Below, piece after piece: positions 6,977 to 14,284 of a DNA stretch of 32,000 bases. Numbering within the stretch: position 1 is the stretch's first letter; each line of letters opens with the position of its first letter. The position numbers and the translations under genes are program-made. The stretch is from Geotalea uraniireducens Rf4. Lineage in GTDB: Bacteria > Desulfobacterota > Desulfuromonadia > Geobacterales > Geobacteraceae. The notes under the pieces are model-generated. The model made no database searches. It saw only the letters and a list, made by a program, of their open reading frames with translations, and was not told where the DNA came from. Where the stretch lies: assembly GCF_000016745.1 (NCBI RefSeq), contig NC_009483.1:3870001-3902000 (forward strand), given 5' to 3'.

Positions 6977-9682
6977 TCAACAACCGGTCAGTTTTATTAC
7001 CCAGCGCACATTGCGCCGAATCAGCCAGCGCCGCCCCTCGTCCAGGAATAGCATGCCGACGGCAAATGGCCAGGCCAGGAAAAAGTCGCCGATATTCAGA
7101 GACGCGTTACCGAAAAGCAGGTGAAAAGGCTCCAGACCGATAATCGCAGCAGCCAGGGCCAGTTCCATAGCAATACTCACGAGCAGCCAGCGGTTGGAGA
7201 AAACCCCCTGTTGCAGCAGCGACTGGCGATGGGTCTTGCTCATCAGGCCGTTGGCCACCTGGCAAATGACGATTGCGGCAAAGAAGGCGGATACGGCTTT
7301 CAGGTAAAGGGGGTCATTTGCCGCCAACGGGGTCCCCGACCGCCATCCACCGTCATGGAGCACGCTGAAATATGCATAGAAGGCAGCCACTGCTTCCAAT
7401 ACCCCATGCAGGCCGTAAGCGAGAAAGATGAGCCTTGCGCTGACCAGCCGCTCCTTGCGGGACCGCGGAGGGATCAGCATGATGTCCCGTTCGGCCTGTT
7501 CCGAAGCCAGGGCAATGGCAGGAAGCATATCGGTCCCCAGGTCTATGGAGAGAATCAGCGTTACCGTCAATGGCAAGGGGATGCCGAACAGGAGAAAAGC
7601 CAGATACGGGGCAACCTCCGGCACGGCATGGGTAACGGTATAGGCAATGGATTTTTTCAGGTTGTCGAAGATGGTCCGCCCCTCCCTGATGGCAGGAAGG
7701 AGGGTGGCGAAGTTGTCGTCCATGAGGACCATATCCGCTGATTCCCGCGCCACGTCGGTCCCCGAGAGCCCCATGGCCACGCCGATGTCGGCCTGTTTCA
7801 ATGCCGGGGCATCGTTGACCCCGTCGCCGGTCACCGCCACCACCTCGCCATGCCGCTGCAACGCCTGGACGATACGCAGCTTCTGCTCCGGCGAGATGCG
7901 GGCGAAGAGCACCTCCTTCTCCTCCAGTTCCCACTCCAGCATGGCATCGCCCATGACACGCAGCTGTTCGCCGGTGATGACCGCCGGTTTTTCCACGGTC
8001 ACCAACCCGATCATTCTGCCGATGGCCACGGCGGTCGTCTGGTAATCGCCGGTGACCATCACCACACGGACCCCGGCGCCGCGAATCGCCGTCACCGCTT
8101 CCGGCACCCCCGGCCTCGGCGGATCGAACATACCCACCAACCCGACAAATATGTAACCGCCCCCCGGCAGATCCTCGTTGCGCCAGGATTCGCGGGGCTC
8201 CACCTCCCGATAGGCGAGGAGCAGCACACGCTCCCCCTTGCCGGCAAATTCCTCGTAGGCGGAGAGGTACGCCTGCCGGTGGACCTCGCTCAGGGGGAGC
8301 GGCCTGCCGTTGATGAGGATGCTGTCGCACATGCCGATGGCCACATCCGGCGCCCCCTTCAGGCAAGCCAGCTGTTTCCCTTCAACCAGGTTGATGGTCA
8401 CCATCAGCTTCGTTGCAGCGGTGAACGGCTCCTCGTAAAGGCGAGGACAAGCCGCCTGGCAGACGTTCACATCATGAAACCTCTGGGAAAAGACCAACAG
8501 CGCCCCCTCGGTCGGATCACCCAGATACTGCGTCGGATCATCCGGCTTCAGATGGGCGTTGTTGCACAGGCTCGCCACCAGCTGTAGTTTTTCCAGCTCC
8601 TCCGGCTCAAACCGAGCATCAGCCTCGGTGTGGATGCATTCATTGAGAAAGAGCCGCTTCACTTCCATCCGGTTCTGGGTGAGGGTTCCGGTCTTGTCCG
8701 TGCAGATCACCGTGGTGCAGCCAAGAGTCTCCACAGATTCCAGGTTCTTGATCAGGGCCTTGTTTTCGGCCATCCGCCGGGCAGCGATGGAGAGGCAGAG
8801 GGTGACGGTGGGAAGGAGACCTTCCGGCACATTGGCGACAATGATGCCGATGGCGAAGATCAGCTTGGCGAGCAGCGGGTTTTCCAGGAGAAAAAAACTG
8901 ACGAGGAAGACGACGCCACCCATGACAACGGCAATCAGGGAGATAATGCGGGTGAAGTGGCGGATTTCCCTGCGGATGGGGATTTCACGGGTTGCCACGG
9001 TCTGGGTAAGGTCGGCGGTACGGCCGATCTGTGTTTTCATCCCGGTGGCGAATACCACGGCCTTTCCCTCGCCTGTCTGGGCCGTGGTTCCGGAAAATAC
9101 CACGTTGCGGCTTTCCAGAAGACGCTTATCCGTCTGATAGGTGGTGCGCAGTTGCGGTTCCGATTCACCGGTCAGAGAAGAGTTGTCCACCTTCAGGCCT
9201 GAAACCTCGAAGAGACGCGCATCCGCCGGAACCTGGTCCCCCTCCTCAAGCAGGATCACATCCCCCCTGACCAGCTGGGCCGCCGGAATCTGACGAAGTA
9301 TCCCGTCCCGGATCACCCTGGCCATGGGGGGAAGCATATCGCGGAAACTGGCCATGATCTGTTCGGCCTTGTGCTGCTGGTAATAACCGAATGTCCCGTT
9401 CAAAAGTACGACGCCGACCAGGGCAACGGCGATGAAGACGTTCCCCTCGCCGGGCCGTATCCACTCGGCAAGAAACGACAAAAAGGCCCCGGCCCACAAC
9501 AGCAGGGCAAACAGATTGATCATCTGGCGCAGGAATTTCACGAACTCCGGCTCATGCTTGCGCTGGACAAGGGTATTGGGGCCATCCCTAGTCAACCGCA
9601 ATGCAGCCTCGGCAGAGCTCAGACCTTTATACGGCGAAGTCCTGAGCCGCCGATAAAACTCTTCAAGGGAAACCTGATGCAT
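6977..9682 (-). CDS. P2-type cation-translocating P-type ATPase, Na+/K+-ATPase alpha-subunit-like
   Basis: DKTGTLT phosphorylation site, VPEGLLPTVT, MVTGD and GDGVNDAPALKQADIGVAMG. Long runs (NLESVETLGCTTVICTDKTGTLTQNRM; DDNFATLLPAIREGRTIFDNLKKSIAYT; SIDLGTDMLPAIALASEQAERDIM) resemble the animal Na,K-ATPase alpha subunit by eye. Confidence 0.9.
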   Translation of the reverse strand: MHQVSLEEFYRRLRTSPYKGLSSAEAALRLTRDGPNTLVQRKHEPEFVKFLRQMINLFALLLWAGAFLSFLAEWIRPGEGNVFIAVALVGVVLLNGTFGYYQQHKAEQIMASFRDMLPPMARVIRDGILRQIPAAQLVRGDVILLEEGDQVPADARLFEVSGLKVDNSSLTGESEPQLRTTYQTDKRLLESRNVVFSGTTAQTGEGKAVVFATGMKTQIGRTADLTQTVATREIPIRREIRHFTRIISLIAVVMGGVVFLVSFFLLENPLLAKLIFAIGIIVANVPEGLLPTVTLCLSIAARRMAENKALIKNLESVETLGCTTVICTDKTGTLTQNRMEVKRLFLNECIHTEADARFEPEELEKLQLVASLCNNAHLKPDDPTQYLGDPTEGALLVFSQRFHDVNVCQAACPRLYEEPFTAATKLMVTINLVEGKQLACLKGAPDVAIGMCDSILINGRPLPLSEVHRQAYLSAYEEFAGKGERVLLLAYREVEPRESWRNEDLPGGGYIFVGLVGMFDPPRPGVPEAVTAIRGAGVRVVMVTGDYQTTAVAIGRMIGLVTVEKPAVITGEQLRVMGDAMLEWELEEKEVLFARISPEQKLRIVQALQRHGEVVAVTGDGVNDAPALKQADIGVAMGLSGTDVARESADMVLMDDNFATLLPAIREGRTIFDNLKKSIAYTVTHAVPEVAPYLAFLLFGIPLPLTVTLILSIDLGTDMLPAIALASEQAERDIMLIPPRSRKERLVSARLIFLAYGLHGVLEAVAAFYAYFSVLHDGGWRSGTPLAANDPLYLKAVSAFFAAIVICQVANGLMSKTHRQSLLQQGVFSNRWLLVSIAMELALAAAIIGLEPFHLLFGNASLNIGDFFLAWPFAVGMLFLDEGRRWLIRRNVRWVIKLTGC

Positions 9683-9776
9683 GGATCAACCTCGGACAGG
9701 AACAACATTGCAGACCTGAAAATTTTACCGCATCAAAACCATTAGTCACCGTCGATGGGATAATTTACCGGGCCAC

Positions 9777-9805
9777 TTGCAATAACACCCCCAGCTCTTT
9801 ATAAT
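9777..9805 (+). promoter_or_regulatory. sigma70-type promoter for selU
   Basis: TTGCAA (9777-9782), N17, TATAAT (9800-9805). Confidence 0.5.
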
Positions 9806-9830
9806 GAGGCGATTATTGGAGGAGAACACC

Positions 9831-10892
9831 GTGCCCGCAAGCGTCGCATTTAACGAATCACTCCTCGACAGCCACCTCGTGGTGGATGTCCGCACCCCGC
9901 TGGAATATGAAGAAGACCATTTACCGGCCGCCATCAACGTCCCCCTTCTCAGCAACGAAGAGCGGGTGGAGATCGGCACCCTTTATAAGCAGACCGGCCC
10001 CAAAGAAGCCCGGATACGCGGTCTGGAACTGACCGCCGGCCGTTTCCCGCGGATAGTCCACGAAATCGGGGAAGCGGCGGCAGGGAGGCCGATCCTCGTC
10101 TACTGCTGGCGCGGCGGTTTAAGAAGCAAAACCGTCGCCTCCATCCTGGAGCTGACCGGCTTTGATGCCGTGCAGCTGCAAGGGGGATACAAAGCGTTCC
10201 GCAATCGGGTCATCGTCCGCTTCGAACCGTTCCATCCCCCCGGCCCACTGCTGGTGCTCCACGGCATGACCGGCATCGGCAAGACCACCTTCATCCTCGG
10301 GCTCAACAGTGAAGAGTATTCGGTGATCGACCTGGAAGGCCTCGCCTGCCATCGCGGGTCCGCGTTCGGCGAACTGGGGCTCTCCCAGGATCTCACCCAG
10401 AAACGGTTTGAAACCCTCCTCTGGGACGCCTTCAGAAAGCTGCCCCAGGGGAAGCCGGTGATCGTCGAAGGGGAGAGCAAGCGCATCGGCAAGGTCTCGC
10501 TGCCGGGGAATTTCTACGAGGTGATGCAGGACAGCGTGAAGGTCTGGTGCAATGCGTCCCTGGAAACACGGGTGGAGCGGCTAATCGCGGAATACGGCAG
10601 GACCGAGTATAGGGAAGGGATGGCGGATGCGCTGTTGCGGATCAGGAAAAAACTGGGCGGGGAAAAGTACGATGAGATCGCAGGATATCTCTCCCGCTGG
10701 GAGATGGAACCGTTCATGACTGAACTGGTGAAAAACTATTACGACAAGGTCTACTACAAGAACAGGGAATGGCGGGAAGAGCTGTCTCTCTCCCTGGAAG
10801 ATTATGCAAAGGCGGAAAGGGAATTGAAGGCATTCCTTCAGATAAGAAAAGAGCTGAACGCCAGTCTGAAACTGTATGAACCGCCTCTGTAA
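9831..10892 (+). CDS. selU: tRNA 2-selenouridine synthase
   Basis: Rhodanese part VVDVRTPLEYEEDHLPAAINVP with active-site loop CWRGGLRS, and Walker A GMTGIGKTT. Start moved to GTG 9831, 6 nt after GGAGGAG (9818-9824), because ATG 9804 lies inside the predicted -10 box. Confidence 0.85.
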   Translation: MPASVAFNESLLDSHLVVDVRTPLEYEEDHLPAAINVPLLSNEERVEIGTLYKQTGPKEARIRGLELTAGRFPRIVHEIGEAAAGRPILVYCWRGGLRSKTVASILELTGFDAVQLQGGYKAFRNRVIVRFEPFHPPGPLLVLHGMTGIGKTTFILGLNSEEYSVIDLEGLACHRGSAFGELGLSQDLTQKRFETLLWDAFRKLPQGKPVIVEGESKRIGKVSLPGNFYEVMQDSVKVWCNASLETRVERLIAEYGRTEYREGMADALLRIRKKLGGEKYDEIAGYLSRWEMEPFMTELVKNYYDKVYYKNREWREELSLSLEDYAKAERELKAFLQIRKELNASLKLYEPPL

Positions 10893-10908
10893 AAGCGGAC
10901 ACTGCTGA

Positions 10909-11730
10909 TTATGCCAACGCCTTCATGGATTTATTTGATACCAGTATTTTCATCTGCTCAATAGCGGTCTTGTTCAGCTTCTGCAATCGTTGCTCTGCCG
11001 GTATCTGCATTTTGATCATTTCAGCATTGAAGCTCTCAAGATTCGAAAGGACCACCAACTGCTCCAATGAAGCATAATCACGGATATTCCCTTTCATTTC
11101 AGGGTGTTCCGTTCTCCAGTCCTTGGCGGTTTTCCCAAACAAGGCAAGGTTCAGCAGATCGGCCTCATCGGCATAGATATATGTCTGCCTGGATTTTGCC
11201 AGGTCAAGCGGTATCAGGTTTTCTTTAATGGCGTCGGTATGAATCAGATAGTTGACTTTGGCGATGGTGCGGGAAACGTTCCACTCCAGATGTTTCTGCT
11301 CAAACTCCTGCTGTTTCAGGCGTTGGAACTCTTTCAGGAGATACAGCTTGAACTCGGCGCTTACCCATGAGGCAAATTCAAATGCTATGTCCTGATGGGC
11401 AAAGGTCCCGCCATATCTTCCCGATTTTGTCGTGATGCCTATGGCATCGGTGGCTTCAATCCATTTACCGGGAGAGAGAACAAAGGTATTGCCGCCAGCC
11501 TCGTACTTAAAGCGGTCGAATTCGACCGCTTTAAAATCCGGATTGTGCAGTTGCTCCCACAAGCCTATGAACTCGATAGTGCTCCGATTGCGCAGCCAGT
11601 TTTTGATAACGTCTATCGGTTCGTTCGGATTCTTGTATCTGGCGATATCGGTCAGCGAGATATAGTCTTCCCGCTCTTTGCGGGAAACCGTGATCTCTCT
11701 CCCCTTCACGCTGATGGTTCGATTTTTCAT
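10909..11730 (-). CDS. KilA-N domain protein with coiled-coil C-terminus
   Basis: ISVKGREITV...DYISLTDIARYKN...WLRNRSTIEFIGLWE...SGRYGGTFAHQDIAFEFASWVSAEFKLYL matches the KilA-N family as I remember it. GC is visibly lower than in the flanking genes. Confidence 0.85.
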   Translation of the reverse strand: MKNRTISVKGREITVSRKEREDYISLTDIARYKNPNEPIDVIKNWLRNRSTIEFIGLWEQLHNPDFKAVEFDRFKYEAGGNTFVLSPGKWIEATDAIGITTKSGRYGGTFAHQDIAFEFASWVSAEFKLYLLKEFQRLKQQEFEQKHLEWNVSRTIAKVNYLIHTDAIKENLIPLDLAKSRQTYIYADEADLLNLALFGKTAKDWRTEHPEMKGNIRDYASLEQLVVLSNLESFNAEMIKMQIPAEQRLQKLNKTAIEQMKILVSNKSMKALA

Positions 11731-11770
11731 ACACTCCCTTCAACAAGACGTAATCCCTTACTCCCAGCAA

Positions 11771-12688
11771 CTACTTTTTGCTCACCTGCACCTTTTTAGC
11801 CTCCACCTCGCGGATCAACTCCTCATAAGTCCCGAGCGACTTGATGAGCGGCGCATCTTTTCGTGCCGTTTCGTCGAACTGTTTCAGCTTGGCGTTGAAC
11901 GTCCCCGCCTTGTTCCTCAGCCCCAGAATGCTTTCACTGAGAAAACTCTTCTCCTTTTTGTCCACCTCGCCCCTCTTGATGAGCGATTTCGTCTTGTTCA
12001 AGTACGCATCGGTGCTGCCGATGTAGTGGTTCAGGCTTTCGAGAAAAGAAAGGACCGAGGTGGAAAGCTCTCCCGTGATGGTGAGCTTTACCTGAACATC
12101 ATTCATGTCTTTCAGGAGCTGCTCGTCGGCAAAGCGTGCCAGGCCTGCAACTTCCCCGCTTTTTGCCGGTTTCGAAACGTCCATTGCATCAACCCTGGCG
12201 ATAAACTGCTGTGAAGTGGTCAGATACCTGGTGATGGAAACCGATGCCGCGTTCAGGGAGAGGGCGAATTGGGATGCAAACTTGGTGAACAAGCCAGCCT
12301 GCCCCGCATAGGGTATCGGCAGCACCTTGGCAAATCCGGCCGCAACCGAACCGGCCTCCATATATTTCGAGTAGCCCGAAAGATTGTTCGCCATCCATTT
12401 CACGTACACTTCAAAATCCGTCATTGACTGACGTTGGCTCTTCGTGTCTTTGGCGATTTCCTGCAGCCTTTGCAGATTCTTCAGCGCCAGGGCCTCGCCG
12501 GTAATGCCGCATTCCAGGGATTTGACCTTCTCCTGGAGCAGAGCATTATCCCTGGCCAGGGTTTGCAGTGCCTCCTCTTTCTGCTTCAGAAGCGTTTCGC
12601 AGGCCACCGGCTCCTCCGCCGCAGCGGAAACAGTCAAAAGCGCCGACAATAACAGGGCCGAAGCCAGACGAATAGATAGAAGTTTCAC
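11771..12688 (-). CDS. secreted coiled-coil protein, unknown function
   Basis: GTG 12688 lies 6 nt after AAGGAG. Signal peptide KLLSIRLASALLLSALLTVSAAA/EE; heptad-like LKQKEEALQTLARDNALLQEKVKSLE. No domain recognised. The track start at 12724 falls inside a repeat terminus. Confidence 0.65.
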   Translation of the reverse strand: MKLLSIRLASALLLSALLTVSAAAEEPVACETLLKQKEEALQTLARDNALLQEKVKSLECGITGEALALKNLQRLQEIAKDTKSQRQSMTDFEVYVKWMANNLSGYSKYMEAGSVAAGFAKVLPIPYAGQAGLFTKFASQFALSLNAASVSITRYLTTSQQFIARVDAMDVSKPAKSGEVAGLARFADEQLLKDMNDVQVKLTITGELSTSVLSFLESLNHYIGSTDAYLNKTKSLIKRGEVDKKEKSFLSESILGLRNKAGTFNAKLKQFDETARKDAPLIKSLGTYEELIREVEAKKVQVSKK

Positions 12689-12716
12689 TCTGTTCTCCTT
12701 GATCCCGGAAAAAAAT

Positions 12717-12922
12717 TTGAACACGGATCAAATCTGATTTGGTAACTATTCACGTGAACCCACAGGAGCGTGGACATCTTGCCCGTGATTCGAGCGGCTT
12801 CATGCTCGAATAAAGATTTTGACTCTAAAGGCTATTCAAGCGATACATCCGCTTGAAACACAGGCTGGAAGCCTACGCTCCATGAAAAAGCTGAAATAGT
12901 TATCGTGTTAATCCGTGTTTAA
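12717..12922. mobile_element. MITE-like element (termini TTGAACACGGAT / ATCCGTGTTTAA) carrying a structured core
   Basis: The left 24 nt match 27331-27354 with 1 mismatch. Right end CGTGTTAATCCGTGTTTAATTGCC versus 27424-27448 CGTGTTAATCCGTGTTCAACTGCC. There is a second inner inverted repeat: GGTAACTATT 12741-12750 / AAATAGTTATC 12893-12903. Confidence 0.6.
12765..12881. repeat. conserved multi-helix core, copy 1 of 2 (candidate structured RNA; strand unresolved)
   Basis: GGAGCG...CGCTCC closing stem; hairpins ATTCGAGC-ggcttcat-GCTCGAAT (12788-12811), TTCAAGCG-atacatc-CGCTTGAA (12835-12857) and GGC-tggaa-GCC (12863-12873). Collinear with 16278-16389. Confidence 0.5.
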
Positions 12923-13002
12923 TTGCCGTTTTTGAGCGCATCGCCCTCTTTTTTAGCAAATTTTAGTCAGGGATTGTAGAAAAATGTTTACGGGTTAGTC
13001 AC

Positions 13003-13218
13003 AGCGTTGTCCGGTTTGGTTTATGCTTACGTCCCATAGGGACAGAATGCTGGTAGCCGGGGAATTCATTCCCCGGTCATCCAGGCAAAATATCATCACG
13101 TCACGTACGTGACGTGGAGGAATATGACATCTCATCCGGGGGATAAATCCCCCGGCTACATGCGGACGCCCCTAACGGGGCTTAACAATCTTGATGCAAA
13201 GACCTAACGGACAGCGCT
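13003..13218. mobile_element. 216-bp dyad-symmetric four-hairpin element (REPIN/MITE-like) flanked by 11-bp direct repeats
   Basis: TIRs AGCGTTGTCCG (13003-13013) / CGGACAGCGCT (13208-13218). Direct repeats GGGTTAGTCAC at 12992-13002 and 13219-13229. Hairpins at 13031-13043, 13057-13076, 13136-13155 and 13168-13181. A perfect 20-bp palindrome CACGTCACGTACGTGACGTG lies at 13098-13117. Confidence 0.6.
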
Positions 13219-13259
13219 GGGTTAGTCACTGATCTGCGAATAAAACGCAACAGGCATCG

Positions 13260-14141
13260 TTACCGTCGAGCCCGCACTTTAAACTTTTTTATCAGTTCCA
13301 CGGGATGGTAGGAAAGTTTCGACTCGCGGAGATTCGGCTCTCCCAGGTCCTGTTCCCGGTTCACGTAGATACAGTCGGCAAAGAGCAGGCGGTTGAATTC
13401 CCGGTCGGCAAGCTGGTTGAGTCCGTCGAGGAAAGGGTCGGCCTTTTCGAAATGGCAGACAGAGGTGTCGCTATTCAACCTCTCCCCCAGGACGAAGGCC
13501 CTGACCTTTCCTTCGACCAGCACGACAACACCCGCGAGCCCGAGCTGACCGGCCATTGCCAGCGCATCGCGCGTTGCCTCAGTCTCCGGCAGGAGGGAAC
13601 CGCTGGCGACCTCCGAGCGGACCCGATACCATTCATCAAGGAGCTGAAGCGCCCCTTCCCGATGACTGTCCGCATAAAGCTCCACCTGGTACGCATGCCT
13701 GCGGGCAAAATAATTGATCCGGTTTTTCTTCTTATGAAAGCGGTTGCCCGGCAACTCCGCCATCTCCGACCGGAGATGCAGGTAGTCGAAGCTGTTACGC
13801 TCTGCAGCGACATCCACATTACCCCCCTGGAAATAGCGCTCCACGAATGGCTCATCTGCCCCATAAAGCGTCAAACCGTCATTGAGCAGCACCGACAACG
13901 CCGCTGCAATATCGCCGGTAAGCGGCGGAAGGAAATAGTCGTCACCCGCATATCCCTTTCCCATCACCACCAGCGCATCCCCCACCATGGTAAGGCAATA
14001 GGCATGGACCGAACGGAACAGGTAAAGGTTGGCAAAGGTGAACTCGGAAACCCGCGGCTGAAGTCCGGCAAAGATACCGTCCAGCATCGGTTTATCATCA
14101 AGCGCCAGCGGTCTCTTGGCAGGATAGTTCGGAACCTCCAT
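13260..14141 (-). CDS. DUF2156-like protein (resembles the C-terminal domain of lysyl-phosphatidylglycerol synthases)
   Basis: A clean 293-303 aa ORF. The family assignment is from memory (FTFANLYLFR, NRFHKKKNRINYF, CHFEKADP, LGEPNLRESKLSYHP). Start set to ATG 14141 after GAAGGGGA because the track start at 14171 lies upstream of the predicted promoter. Confidence 0.65.
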   Translation of the reverse strand: MEVPNYPAKRPLALDDKPMLDGIFAGLQPRVSEFTFANLYLFRSVHAYCLTMVGDALVVMGKGYAGDDYFLPPLTGDIAAALSVLLNDGLTLYGADEPFVERYFQGGNVDVAAERNSFDYLHLRSEMAELPGNRFHKKKNRINYFARRHAYQVELYADSHREGALQLLDEWYRVRSEVASGSLLPETEATRDALAMAGQLGLAGVVVLVEGKVRAFVLGERLNSDTSVCHFEKADPFLDGLNQLADREFNRLLFADCIYVNREQDLGEPNLRESKLSYHPVELIKKFKVRARR

Positions 14142-14161
14142 TGTCATCCCCTTCACCAAGC

Positions 14162-14191
14162 AGTATAGCACAACTCGTTTTTTTATCTGAA
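14162..14191 (-). promoter_or_regulatory. sigma70-type promoter for the DUF2156 gene
   Basis: On the minus strand: TTCAGA (14191-14186), N18, TATACT (14167-14162). Confidence 0.4.
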
Positions 14192-14227
14192 GATCGGCAT
14201 TCAGCGCCTCACGCCCCCCTACGACAC

Positions 14228-14266
14228 AAAAAAACCTCCCCCGGCCAAACGCCGAAGGAGGTTTTT
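14228..14266 (-). terminator. rho-independent (bidirectional-looking) terminator after the lipoprotein gene
   Basis: AAACCTCC at 14232-14239 pairs with GGAGGTTT at 14257-14264. It is flanked by an A7 and a T5, giving a U7 tail on the minus strand. Confidence 0.7.
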
Positions 14267-14284
14267 ATTTGAGCAGACTTCACC

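Noticed and set aside
7353-8366. Long same-strand alternative-frame and opposite-strand ORFs inside real genes. Examples are 7353-8366 (-), 7850-8587 (+), 28415-30034 (-), 13305-14168 (+), 14603-15733 (+), 23301-24362 (+), 21499-22245 (+) and 2804-3451 (+).
   Set aside because: Their products are Arg/Gly/Pro/His-rich, low-complexity and without motifs. Each lies opposite to, or out of frame with, a gene with clear family motifs. They are typical shadow ORFs of GC-rich DNA.
9804-9830. ORF-track start ATG 9804 for selU
   Set aside because: The ATG sits inside a TTGCAA-N17-TATAAT promoter's -10 hexamer. A GGAGGAG RBS with a GTG 6 nt downstream (9831) is the supportable start.
13050-13090. tRNA-like T-arm (CCGGGGAATTCATTCCCCGG followed by GTCATCCAGG)
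   Set aside because: The loop is not the 7-nt TTCRANY type, and no complementary 5' acceptor strand, D-arm or anticodon arm lies upstream.
13003-13218. Two mini-ORFs diverging from the central palindrome: plus strand ATG 13126, 27 aa, after GGAGGAAT; minus strand, 33 aa
   Set aside because: The peptides encoded by the two homologous arms are unrelated and read the hairpins in different frames. The hairpin stems, not the codons, are what is conserved.
13003-13218. Retron msr/msd-like RNA (flanking inverted repeats plus internal hairpins) or an integron attC site (CCTAAC ... GTTAG)
   Set aside because: No reverse transcriptase or integrase gene is adjacent. The CTAAC/GTTAG pair is only 13 nt apart and GTTAGTC does not fit GTTRRRY. 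The perfect dyad symmetry plus the direct-repeat flanks fit a REPIN/MITE better.
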